64,000 bases of DNA. Source: Klebsiella phage ZCKP1. The notes below the pieces were generated by a model, which had not been told where the DNA came from, did not search any database, and saw only the letters and a list, made by a program, of their open reading frames with translations. Below, one piece after another: positions 8,139 to 16,422 of the stretch; position 1 is the first letter of the stretch, and every line of letters begins with the position of its first letter. Where the stretch lies: sequence record MH252123.1; one strand, given 5' to 3'. The position numbers and the translations under genes are program-made.

Positions 8139-8163
8139 TTTGCGCGTTGCACAGCGCGCAAAA
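8139..8163. promoter_or_regulatory. perfect inverted repeat upstream of the HigA-like gene (candidate operator)
   Basis: TTGCGCG-ttgcacag-CGCGCAA about 25 nt upstream of the RBS of the 8186 ORF. Confidence 0.45.
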
Positions 8164-8185
8164 TCAGAGTATTTAGGAGGTTACA

Positions 8186-8526
8186 TGGTCACATTGCACA
8201 AACCTATGCACCCCGGCGAGTTTATCCGCGAAGTATATTTAGAGCCGTTAGAGCTTCAAATAGGAACGTTTGCAGAAAAGCTTGGTGTTGATACATCAAC
8301 CGTTAGCCGGTTAGTAAACCAAAAAGCTGACCTTTCTTATGAAATGGCATTACGCCTATCAAAAGCCTTAGGGCGTTCTGCTGACTCTTGGATGAAAATG
8401 CAAATAGCATATGGTTTATATCGTGCTCAAGATAAAGTAAATCTTGAAGAAGTTGAGGTGGTTTACTGCCCACGGAACTTGGATGCTCCTGAAAAACAGG
8501 TCCATGAATTTTATGAAAATATCTAA
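8186..8526 (+). CDS. HigA-like antitoxin / XRE-family HTH protein
   Basis: ATG at 8186 after GGAGG; HPGEFIREVYLEPL...TFAEKLGVDTSTVSRLVNQK...MALRLSKALG matches HigA/VapI signature; no toxin partner adjacent. Confidence 0.6.
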
Positions 8527-8702
8527 AAACGATATTTCATTTAGGTAAAGAAAAGCTACTAACCATAGGGGCTTTTTGTCTCTACACCTGTGTATTTATG
8601 TGAAGACCTAAGGCAGCATCGTTATTCCTGAAGATGCTTAAACAGCGGTCTTGTACACCCTGTTACCACGGTTCAGAAGTTCCCCAACTTACTGAACATT
8701 CG

Positions 8703-8731
8703 AAAAACCACCCCCCAGGTGGTTTTTCGTT
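8703..8731 (+). terminator. rho-independent terminator
   Basis: ACCACCCCCCAGGTGGT hairpin followed by TTTTTCGTTT. Confidence 0.6.
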
Positions 8732-8770
8732 TCAGGATTAAAGATACTCTGCGTCCCACTCAATAAAACT

Positions 8771-8800
8771 ATTGACAACCAATAGTAAAATGTAGTATAG
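8771..8800 (+). promoter_or_regulatory. sigma70-type promoter (aactATTGACAA family)
   Basis: TTGACA 8771-8776, 18-nt spacer, TATAGT 8795-8800; tRNA-Gly starts at 8813. Confidence 0.55.
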
Positions 8801-8812
8801 TAAAGATATAGG

Positions 8813-8886
8813 GCGTTCTTGGTGTAGCGGTAGCATTCCGTCCTTCCAAGTCGGCGGCACGAGTTCGATCCTCGTAGAACGCTCCA
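8813..8886 (+). tRNA. tRNA-Gly (TCC)
   Basis: acceptor GCGTTCT/AGAACGC, discriminator T, loop CTTCCAA, T-arm ACGAG-TTCGATC-CTCGT, CCA encoded; one T.T mismatch in anticodon stem. Confidence 0.5.
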
Positions 8887-8964
8887 AATTATTTAATAAA
8901 GGGTTGCCAGAAAACTTTCTCTTTTACTCATGGTTTTCTCCTTCTCTCACACCTCTTCTGGTTG

Positions 8965-9040
8965 CCCTTCATTAAATGATTTATTGGTTTGTAGTGTAGT
9001 CAGGTAGCACACGACACTTTGACTGTCGTAGGTTTGGTTC
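8965..9040 (+). tRNA. tRNA-Gln (TTG), U1:A72
   Basis: acceptor TGGTTTG/CAGACCA, anticodon stem CGACA/TGTCG loop CTTTGAC, T-loop TTCAAAT, CCA encoded. Confidence 0.6.
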
Positions 9041-9154
9041 AAATCCAGACAGACCAGCCATATAACAAAGGTGAGTCACTACCTCAAGTGTGAAGTTAAA
9101 AAACGAGGAGCCGCCGAACACTTTCTTTTGCGGTGTACCTTTAGAATGTTATGA

Positions 9155-9231
9155 CGGAATTTAGCTCAGTTTGGTAGAGTGTACGCTTTGGGAGCGTATT
9201 GTCGCAGGTTCGAATCCTGCAATTCCGACCA
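9155..9231 (+). tRNA. tRNA-Pro (TGG)
   Basis: acceptor CGGAATT/AATTCCG, D-arm GCTC-AGTTTGGTA-GAGT, anticodon stem TACGC/GCGTA loop TTTGGGA, T-loop TTCGAAT, CCA. Confidence 0.7.
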
Positions 9232-9237
9232 ATTAAA

Positions 9238-9311
9238 TGTTTCGTAGTTCAATGGTAGAACCCACGACTGATAATCGTGAGATACAAGTTCGATTCTTGT
9301 CGAAACAACCA
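9238..9311 (+). tRNA. tRNA-Ile (GAT)
   Basis: acceptor TGTTTCG/CGAAACA, D-arm GTTC-AATGGTA-GAAC, anticodon stem CACGA/TCGTG loop CTGATAA, CCA encoded. Confidence 0.7.
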
Positions 9312-9312
9312 G

Positions 9313-9389
9313 TTTCCCGTTAGACTTACAGGATAAGAGTTCCACAGCTTATTGTGATGCTGGTTCGAATCCAGCACGGGATACCTAAT
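9313..9389 (+). tRNA. tRNA-like element with canonical T-arm but unresolved anticodon arm
   Basis: T-arm GCTGG-TTCGAAT-CCAGC and acceptor 3' ACGGGAT vs 5' TTCCCGT (1-72 mismatch); no clean 5/7/5 anticodon arm; no CCA. Confidence 0.3.
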
Positions 9390-9468
9390 AGCGGGATAGA
9401 GGAGTCTGGTCGTCCTCGCCAGTTTCATATGCTGGAGATCATCGGTTCAAATCCGATTCCCGCCTCCA
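9390..9468 (+). tRNA. tRNA-Met (CAT), second copy, A1.C72 mismatch
   Basis: acceptor AGCGGGA/TCCCGCC, D-arm GAGG...CCTC, anticodon stem CCAGT/GCTGG loop TTCATAT, T-loop TTCAAAT, disc T, CCA. Confidence 0.6.
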
Positions 9469-9584
9469 AATATCGCTTGCCAGCGGTATCTTTGAAGACC
9501 TTGCCTGGTTCCTTCTAAGATGGAGGGGTGCGACTCCTTAACGCACAATTATAATAAAGCATTTCAACTTAACAGTATTTATTA

Positions 9585-9607
9585 GCCTCCTTATTGGAGG
9601 CTTTTTG
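9585..9607 (+). terminator. rho-independent terminator ending the tRNA array
   Basis: GCCTCCttattGGAGGC hairpin followed by TTTTT. Confidence 0.65.
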
Positions 9608-9625
9608 CTATCTATTGAATAAAAC

Positions 9626-9654
9626 TTGACTTATTATTTTTTATATGTTAAGAT
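9626..9654 (+). promoter_or_regulatory. sigma70-type promoter
   Basis: TTGACT, 17-nt AT-rich spacer, TAAGAT; 22 nt upstream of the 9676 ORF. Confidence 0.4.
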
Positions 9655-9675
9655 AAAGTTTAGGAGGATTTTATT

Positions 9676-9972
9676 ATGCCTAAACTAAAACGTGGTCGTG
9701 GAAGACCAACAGCCGAAATGCAACAGATTTACGCAATGGATGCGGCGCAAGCAAGTGTAAAAGAATTATTTGCAGAGCATTATTTAGAAGCTATGCGGTA
9801 TATTGTTGAACTTGTTAATGATAAGGATGCAGCAAAACCTCTCCGCTTCCAAGCAGCTAAAGCTATTAAAGAGCAAGTAGAAGAATGGTTAGAAGAACAT
9901 TATGAAGCTATGGAAGAAGAAACCCCTGCCGTGCAGAATACAGATGACGTTCCTAAAAAGATCGTAATCTAA
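9676..9972 (+). CDS. AT-hook DNA-binding small protein (possible small terminase subunit)
   Basis: N-terminal PKLKRGRGRPT AT-hook; acidic helical C-terminus; RBS AGGAGG; about 1 kb upstream of the large terminase. Confidence 0.35.
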   Translation: MPKLKRGRGRPTAEMQQIYAMDAAQASVKELFAEHYLEAMRYIVELVNDKDAAKPLRFQAAKAIKEQVEEWLEEHYEAMEEETPAVQNTDDVPKKIVI

Positions 9973-10022
9973 TCCCTCTCCTCTCTTGGGGCTTTGCCCC
10001 TCCTCCTTGTTATTTTTAACAC

Positions 10023-10049
10023 CCCTCTCCGAAAGGTTAGGGGTTTTTT
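10023..10049 (+). terminator. rho-independent terminator
   Basis: CCCCTctccgaaaggttAGGGG followed by TTTTTTA. Confidence 0.55.
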
Positions 10050-10060
10050 ATTTTTAATAC

Positions 10061-10090
10061 TTGCAATTGTATATACTTTTGTGATAAGAT
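10061..10090 (+). promoter_or_regulatory. sigma70-type promoter
   Basis: TTGCAA, 18-nt spacer, TAAGAT, upstream of the lysis/terminase operon. Confidence 0.4.
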
Positions 10091-10111
10091 CAGATATGAG
10101 GAGGATAAAAT

Positions 10112-10283
10112 ATGCGCAATTTTGTAGTTAAAAATGATTTTAACCGTTCTTCTTATCATAAAGATAAAAAGAATGATTACACACGGGCTTGGAACTTGGA
10201 GGAAGAACTTTATGATGACAGAGAAGACGTGGGAAGAGATCCTAGCGGAGGCTCAACCGATGGAAGTGAAGAAGATAGTTAAT
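10112..10283 (+). CDS. small acidic ORF with strong RBS (not in the supplied track)
   Basis: GAGGAGGataaaatATG; 57 codons; overlaps the alternative-frame 10212..10349 ORF, so only one is likely real. Confidence 0.3.
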
Positions 10284-10332
10284 AATGCCCCTTCTCTTCC
10301 TAAAATAAAATTTTACGAGGAAGTAGAAGATA

Positions 10333-10725
10333 ATGAATCTAAAGACTAAAACTGTATTAGGTTTTGTTTTAATTGTTGTTCTTATTCTTGCCGGAATGTT
10401 TGCTTATAACAAGATACATGAGTCTGGCTACAAAGATGGTGTTGCCTATCAAACGCAATTATATCAAGCAGCCCAAGCAAAAGCAAAACAGGATTTTGAT
10501 GTTCTTCAAAAAAGAGCAGATGAAGAAAGAGCATTATTAAATACCCAAATAAACAACTTGTCTAAAAACAATGCACAATTAAAAGCAGATTTAGAGAAGA
10601 AGAAACAAACGATCAATGAGGATACAACGAATTATGCAAAAACTAATTCTGGCAGTATGTCTTGCTTTGCCCCTAATGATGACGGGTTGTTCATCATCAA
10701 CAAAAGCTTCCCCAGTTCTTATTGA
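10333..10725 (+). CDS. i-spanin (Rz-like)
   Basis: N-terminal TM segment VLGFVLIVVLILAGMFAY then long coiled-coil periplasmic domain; contains the o-spanin gene in another frame. Confidence 0.55.
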   Translation: MNLKTKTVLGFVLIVVLILAGMFAYNKIHESGYKDGVAYQTQLYQAAQAKAKQDFDVLQKRADEERALLNTQINNLSKNNAQLKADLEKKKQTINEDTTNYAKTNSGSMSCFAPNDDGLFIINKSFPSSY

Positions 10726-10960
10726 TGAGTGTAAGGTTGTAGCCATAGAAAAGGTTAAAGGTCCAGATTCGGATTTGATGGATAAAGTATCGACACCTGT
10801 GCCATACACTAAAAATCAAATTGCAAAAGGGGTTAGTAGATCTGAAGTTGTTAACAACCAAACTCAAAACAACGCTCTTTGGGAGCAAGATAGACGAAAG
10901 GTTTTAGGTTTACAAACATATATTAAAACACTGCAAGAAAAAGGTATTATTGCTGAATAA
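10616..10960 (+). CDS. o-spanin (Rz1-like lipoprotein), overlapping the i-spanin gene
   Basis: signal peptide plus lipobox LMMTGC followed by SSS; starts inside the 3' third of the i-spanin gene in the +1 frame. Confidence 0.55.
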   Translation: MRIQRIMQKLILAVCLALPLMMTGCSSSTKASPVLIDECKVVAIEKVKGPDSDLMDKVSTPVPYTKNQIAKGVSRSEVVNNQTQNNALWEQDRRKVLGLQTYIKTLQEKGIIAE

Positions 10961-10969
10961 GGAGGGAAT

Positions 10970-13045
10970 GTGGCAAAGAAAAAGGCAGCAGGTAGTTTAG
11001 CTGGAGTAGATATTGAAGTAAAGGCTCAACCAGGTAAACAGACTCTTGCAATGGATTTAATGCCAGAAGTTATGATTTATGGTGGTGCCGCTGGATGTGT
11101 TTCTGCTGAAACGGAATATCTTACAAAAGATGGTTGGAAACAGATTAGTGAATATTCGGGAGAGGATATTTACCAATACAACCCTAAGAATAAGCGTTTA
11201 GAATTGGTAACACCTTACTTTGTAGAATACGATTTAAATGGAGATAATCTATACAGAATAACAAATGGTGTAGGATTGTTCCAAGAACTTAGTATGGAAC
11301 ACCGTTTTGTATTCTATAAGAAAAAGAAATCAAAGAAACATTTCGAGATTCTTGTAGGAGATCTTATTGCATTACAGCAAATAGGAAAACCCCTGCAAGG
11401 TTATGTAGAAAATCCATTCGGTAAACGTGTTCCTTTTAACATACCTGGTAAAAAGAGCACTTACTTAAAAATACACGAGGTTATTTCAACAGATGATAAG
11501 AAATATTGTTTTGAGACTCCAAGCAGCTATATTGTCTTTAGACGTGGCGATCACTGCTTCGTTACTGGGAATAGCGGCAAGTCTCGTCTGCTATTGCTGA
11601 AAGCTTTAAAATACGCCTACAAAGACCCTTTGTTTGGTGGAATACTTTTCCGTAAGAACACCACTGCTCACCGTAAACCAGGTGGTCTGTTTACAGAAGC
11701 AAAACGTTTGTATCTTCCTTTACAACCGCACGTAAAAGAAAGTACAATGGATATCATTTTTGAAGCCACTGGTGGTGGAACCCTCAAATTTGACCATTTG
11801 GAAAATGATAACGTAACAGCAGAAACAAACCATCAGGGTACACAGTATTCAATGGTAGGTTTTGATGAGTTAACCCACTTCACGCAATATGAAATGCTCT
11901 ATCTTCTGGGACGTATGCGTTCAGAATCAGAAACAAGCTTCATGTTGTGCACATGTAACCCCGATGCAGATAGTTGGGTTTTGAATTGGGTATTACCTTA
12001 TCTCGATGAGGGCGGTTATCCTAGAGAAGATATGTGTGGTAAACAAAAATATTTCATCATTGTTAACGATGAACCTGTTTTTGCTGACACACCTGAAGAA
12101 CTGAAAGAAAAATATCCAGAAAACTGTTTCATGGAAAACCCTAATACAGGGGAGACAGTTGTTATTGAACCACAAACTTTCGTATTTATCGGTGGGACAA
12201 TATTTGATAACCCAGAATTGATTAGGCTTAACCCTAATTATTTAGCACAGCTTAAATCACAAACAGCAATCAAAAGAGCACAACTCTTGGACGGCTGTTG
12301 GTTTGCACGTATACAGAAAGAGTCTTTCTTCCAACGTGAATGGTTGCATAAGATATCTTATAAAGATGTTCCTAATAATCTTAAACTAATGCGAGCATGG
12401 GATAAAGCTGTTTCAGTTCCTACAGAAACTTATCGTTATCCAGACTATACAACATCTGTCAAAATGGGTAAAGACCAAGATGGTAATATCTACATCTTTG
12501 GTGACTATGATTATGATGCTGTGGATGAGAAAAGTAAAATTTTCGGAAGGTTTCGAAGATTACCTGGGGAAAGGGATAACCTGATTCTAAATCAATGTAA
12601 GATTGATGGACCAGAAGTTACAGTAGTGCTTCCTAAAGACCCATCTGGTGCTGGGACAATAGAATATACAGAATCTGCAAAGAAACTTATTCTAGAGGGT
12701 TTTGTTGTTAAACCAGATGCTATGCCAGGTAACAAGAAAAAGCTTCAGCGTTTTATGCCTTTTAGTAGTGCGTGTCAAAACGGTTTTGTTTATATTGTTG
12801 AAGATTCTTTCCCTAATGTGGAAACTCTAACCCACTTTTATAAAGAATTGGAATCTTTCAATGGTGAAAGATCTACAGCCACTATTAAAGATGACATTCC
12901 CGATGCTGCTGCTTCTTGTTTTAATACTCTGTCAAAAGAGAATACTTTCAAGGCAGTAGCTATCCCTACAACAACAAATGCTCCTACAGGATACAGTAGA
13001 ATGAACAGCGGATTTCACCAACCGTATAGTGTCCGTAAAAGATAA
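10970..13045 (+). CDS. terL: terminase large subunit (intein-containing precursor)
   Basis: extein sequence MIYGGAAG|SGKSRLLL reconstitutes Walker A; Walker B MVGFDELTHF; sits upstream of the portal gene. Confidence 0.85.
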   Translation: MAKKKAAGSLAGVDIEVKAQPGKQTLAMDLMPEVMIYGGAAGCVSAETEYLTKDGWKQISEYSGEDIYQYNPKNKRLELVTPYFVEYDLNGDNLYRITNGVGLFQELSMEHRFVFYKKKKSKKHFEILVGDLIALQQIGKPLQGYVENPFGKRVPFNIPGKKSTYLKIHEVISTDDKKYCFETPSSYIVFRRGDHCFVTGNSGKSRLLLLKALKYAYKDPLFGGILFRKNTTAHRKPGGLFTEAKRLYLPLQPHVKESTMDIIFEATGGGTLKFDHLENDNVTAETNHQGTQYSMVGFDELTHFTQYEMLYLLGRMRSESETSFMLCTCNPDADSWVLNWVLPYLDEGGYPREDMCGKQKYFIIVNDEPVFADTPEELKEKYPENCFMENPNTGETVVIEPQTFVFIGGTIFDNPELIRLNPNYLAQLKSQTAIKRAQLLDGCWFARIQKESFFQREWLHKISYKDVPNNLKLMRAWDKAVSVPTETYRYPDYTTSVKMGKDQDGNIYIFGDYDYDAVDEKSKIFGRFRRLPGERDNLILNQCKIDGPEVTVVLPKDPSGAGTIEYTESAKKLILEGFVVKPDAMPGNKKKLQRFMPFSSACQNGFVYIVEDSFPNVETLTHFYKELESFNGERSTATIKDDIPDAAASCFNTLSKENTFKAVAIPTTTNAPTGYSRMNSGFHQPYSVRKR
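11096..11572 (+). other. mini-intein (about 159 aa) inserted in the terminase Walker-A loop
   Basis: starts CVSAETEYLTKDGWKQI (Hint block A), ends DHCFVTGN with +1 Ser; no endonuclease domain. Confidence 0.6.
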
Positions 13046-13048
13046 TTG

Positions 13049-13077
13049 TTGACAAAAGTCACTTTAAAGTGTATTAT
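13049..13077 (+). promoter_or_regulatory. sigma70-type promoter
   Basis: TTGACA 13049-13054, 17-nt spacer, TATTAT 13072-13077. Confidence 0.5.
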
Positions 13078-13146
13078 AACTAGATAGGTGAGGTTGTATA
13101 TAATACAGCCTTGCCTTAACGATTTTATACCTGACTGGAGGAACAA

Positions 13147-14712
13147 GTGTCAACAGGAAAAAGAACGTACACTAAAAAGTCAGAATACTGGGACAAAGGT
13201 GCTGCAAATAAAGCTGCTCTCTCTCCAACAAAAGAGGCAGAGAAAGAGAAAACGTTACTCCTGTCACCTGAAATAGGAACGATCGGATTAAACTCAATCA
13301 AAGCATTTACGAATTTCATGCAACCTTATGAGACTCGTTTCCCAGAATGTATTCGCACTTTTAAAGAGATGGGTGAAGACCCTGATGTAGCTACTGCTCT
13401 TGACGCTACATATATCTTTGTAGATAGAGCATTCTTTGATTTCAAGATAAAATATAATGTAAACTCGGCAAAGTCAAGAAAAGCTGCTAAGTTTATTGAT
13501 TACATGTTACGCAATATGCAAGCCCCTCTACGTCAATATGTTAGATCACTTTTGACATATAAGCAATATGGTTTTGCATTTGCAGAGAAAGTTTATGAGT
13601 TGGATGAAGATCCTAAAAGTCCTTATTTTGGGTATTGGCGATTAACCAAACTGGCTTTTAGACCACAAGACACTCTTCACATGGCTCAACCTTTTACATA
13701 TTCGGCAGACGGACGTTCTATTCTATCTGTTAACCAGAATATCACCAATACAATGTTAGCTCCAGGCAATACAACTTTAGAAACTGGTATTAAAGAAATT
13801 CCTTTCAGTAAAGTTTTATTTGTTGGTAGCAACATTACAGAGAATAACCCACTAGGAGTTAGTCCGCTTTTAGCTGTATATCGTAGCTGGCGTGAAAAAT
13901 CTCTTATTCAGGAATTTGAGGTTATTGGGGTATCTAAAGATTTAGGTGGTATGCCAGTTCTTAAGGTTCCAAGTGACATTCTAAACAGGGCATCTTTAGA
14001 TCCTGCTGGGGATGAAGCACAATCTCTTCGAGTTCTCCAAGCCAACATCGCTAACCTGCACTCTGGTGAGCAAGCCTACATGGTATTGCCTTCAGACGTT
14101 TATGAAGGCACAGTGATGCGTCAATACGATCTTGTATTCCAAGGTGTTGATGGCACGGGTAAACAGTTTGACACTCAAGCACTAATCAAACAACGCAAGC
14201 TGGATATTTATAACCGCTTTGGTGCGGGTGTGTTGATTATGGGTGATGGTGATGCAGGAAGTTTTGCGCTTTCTGACAACAAACAAACACTATTGTCTCA
14301 TTTTATTGAGCGAGATGTAGATATTGTTGTAGAAGCTATAAACTCTCAACTGATCCCTCAAACACTACGACTAAACAATATCTTCCTTTCTGATGAAGAT
14401 ATGCCTAAGTTTGTCAGTGGTGAAATGGGTGATCCTGATATTGAAGTAAATGCTAAAGCTATTCAGCAGTTGGTAGCCTCTGGTGCAATACCTTTAACCC
14501 CAGAAGTTATTAACGAGTTCCTTGAAAAAATTGGTTTTGAATATCGCATCCCTGACGATATTGTTGCCAATAAAGAGAAATTCTTTGAATTCATGGATAA
14601 CTATATGCCTGACAAAACTTCACGATCAGGAGATGGTTTAGCTACAGCGGGAACTGGAACATCTGATACTGTTTCTGCTTTAGATCCTTCAGCACAAAAC
14701 CTGTCGAATTAA
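13147..14712 (+). CDS. portal protein (probable)
   Basis: 521-aa ORF immediately downstream of terL, GTG start after GGAGG; size and position typical of portals. Confidence 0.5.
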   Translation: MSTGKRTYTKKSEYWDKGAANKAALSPTKEAEKEKTLLLSPEIGTIGLNSIKAFTNFMQPYETRFPECIRTFKEMGEDPDVATALDATYIFVDRAFFDFKIKYNVNSAKSRKAAKFIDYMLRNMQAPLRQYVRSLLTYKQYGFAFAEKVYELDEDPKSPYFGYWRLTKLAFRPQDTLHMAQPFTYSADGRSILSVNQNITNTMLAPGNTTLETGIKEIPFSKVLFVGSNITENNPLGVSPLLAVYRSWREKSLIQEFEVIGVSKDLGGMPVLKVPSDILNRASLDPAGDEAQSLRVLQANIANLHSGEQAYMVLPSDVYEGTVMRQYDLVFQGVDGTGKQFDTQALIKQRKLDIYNRFGAGVLIMGDGDAGSFALSDNKQTLLSHFIERDVDIVVEAINSQLIPQTLRLNNIFLSDEDMPKFVSGEMGDPDIEVNAKAIQQLVASGAIPLTPEVINEFLEKIGFEYRIPDDIVANKEKFFEFMDNYMPDKTSRSGDGLATAGTGTSDTVSALDPSAQNLSN

Positions 14713-14740
14713 AAATATTTAATATTTTTTAATTTTTCTA

Positions 14741-14769
14741 TTGACAAAACAACAAATATCCTGTAGACT
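14741..14769 (+). promoter_or_regulatory. sigma70-type promoter
   Basis: TTGACA 14741-14746, 17-nt spacer, TAGACT. Confidence 0.45.
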
Positions 14770-14805
14770 AAGATTTATGGGATATCTGTTTTTAAGAGGT
14801 TTCAA

Positions 14806-15285
14806 ATGGAACTCAATAAAGATACACTGTGGGAACTCTTCAAAACCTTCGCTGGTTTTAAAGAGAATTCTGAATCCCAACAAGATTCTATACCATCTCA
14901 AAAACCTGAAACTCTAGTCAAACAAAATAAATTTGATGAAGAAAAGATGCAGGTTATTGAGGTCTTGTATTGTCCACCTGAAGAAGACGATCTCCACGGA
15001 GAGCGCATGTCTGATTTGGAAATCAGGAAGATGGTTGACAACTTCAATGAGAATATTACCAATATTAGTGGTAATCTTGGTCACATGAAGAACACCGATA
15101 AGTTTTCTCCAATTAAAGCTTGGGTAAATGAAGTCGATTGTTACATTGGTGACGAACTCGTTGTGGAAGGAACTCCCCTCGTTAAAATCCAATTCAACGA
15201 CCCTGAATTATATCAAGCTCGTAAAGACGGCGTTCTTAAAGGTTTGAGTATAGGCGCAATGGGCGTTAAAGTCAAGAAGGACTAA
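14806..15285 (+). CDS. head morphogenesis protein (possible prohead protease or minor head protein)
   Basis: 159-aa ORF between portal and scaffold genes. Confidence 0.3.
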   Translation: MELNKDTLWELFKTFAGFKENSESQQDSIPSQKPETLVKQNKFDEEKMQVIEVLYCPPEEDDLHGERMSDLEIRKMVDNFNENITNISGNLGHMKNTDKFSPIKAWVNEVDCYIGDELVVEGTPLVKIQFNDPELYQARKDGVLKGLSIGAMGVKVKKD

Positions 15286-15287
15286 TC

Positions 15288-16403
15288 GTGGCAAATACAT
15301 ATTTAACTAACGTAGACTTTTCTGGAAAAGCTACGGAAGAGTCACTAGGTGCTCATATTGCTTACACTTTTGATTTTCAAGGTGGAGCGGCATCTGGTTA
15401 TAATACCCCCCTTTTATTTAAGTCAGACGGATCTCCAGACATAACTTTTGAAAAGTTAGAAGCTCTCACTAAGATGGGAGAAGATGTTACAGAGTTACGT
15501 AAAAGCTATATTCAACAAGTAATGGATCGCATTTCTGAAAAAGTGCGTGAAAAATTTGAAGCTGGTTGGGATTGGGTTTACGTTATTGATGCTGACTTCG
15601 ATGCGAACGTTGCAATTTTCTGTTCAGATAACGGTATGTTCTCTGTTGGCTTTAAAGTTGACGGACTGAATGTTGAAGTTGAAGAGGTTGCTAAACCTGT
15701 TGTTCGTGTTACTGATTATCAAGTTGTTGATGGTGATGTAATGATCTCCATTGATTTCTTTGAGGACGTTTTAGACGATGCTTTGAGTAATCTCGTTAAG
15801 AGTTCCTTGAAACAAAGTCAAGTTAAAGATTATTTAGTGAAAGCTCACGCTAAAGCTAATACAAACTCTGTGGATGCAGAGGCTAACCCCGCAGGTGATA
15901 AATCTGCAAACACAACTGGAATCAATAAAGGAGAAACCCCTTTGGAAAATATCAACAAAGAAGAATTCCTGAAATCTGCTGAATTCCAAGAACTGATGAA
16001 AGCACAGATCGCTGAAGCTGTAGAAAAAGCAGCCGCAGATGCACGTGCAGCCGCAGAACTTGAAGCACAGGAAAAAATCGCTAAGGCAGAACAGGAAGCA
16101 GAAGAACTTCGTAAAGCTGAACAAGCTCGTATCGAAGAAGAATATACAACTGTTGTTAAATCCTATTCTTTCGTAGAAGAAGACAAAGTTGAAGCTCTCG
16201 TTAAATATCTGGTAGACAATAAAGATATCGCTGAAACTATCGTCAAAGCATTCGAAAAAGCACGTGCAGAAGTGGACGCAGTTAAGAAAGAATTTGGAAC
16301 AGAACGTGGTGTTGATGTGATCAATACTCAACCTGTAGCTAAATCTTCTTCTGAACTGATTAGTCAGAAAGCTGCTGAACTTAAAAAAGCCCAGAAACAA
16401 TAA
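15288..16403 (+). CDS. scaffolding-like protein
   Basis: C-terminal A/E/K-rich coiled coil (AEAVEKAAADARAAAELEAQEKIAKAEQEAEELRKAEQ); sits before decoration/capsid genes. Confidence 0.4.
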   Translation: MANTYLTNVDFSGKATEESLGAHIAYTFDFQGGAASGYNTPLLFKSDGSPDITFEKLEALTKMGEDVTELRKSYIQQVMDRISEKVREKFEAGWDWVYVIDADFDANVAIFCSDNGMFSVGFKVDGLNVEVEEVAKPVVRVTDYQVVDGDVMISIDFFEDVLDDALSNLVKSSLKQSQVKDYLVKAHAKANTNSVDAEANPAGDKSANTTGINKGETPLENINKEEFLKSAEFQELMKAQIAEAVEKAAADARAAAELEAQEKIAKAEQEAEELRKAEQARIEEEYTTVVKSYSFVEEDKVEALVKYLVDNKDIAETIVKAFEKARAEVDAVKKEFGTERGVDVINTQPVAKSSSELISQKAAELKKAQKQ

Positions 16404-16422
16404 TCTTAGGAGATTAAATTAA

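Noticed and set aside
8965-9040. tRNA starting with T rather than G (tRNA-Gln)
   Set aside because: Considered a mis-call, but U1:A72 is a known feature of enterobacterial tRNA-Gln, so retained as a tRNA rather than rejected as a pseudogene.
15834-16400. 188-aa minus-strand ORF
   Set aside because: Antisense to the scaffold gene's A/E/K-rich region, giving a low-complexity F/C-rich product; no independent start signals.
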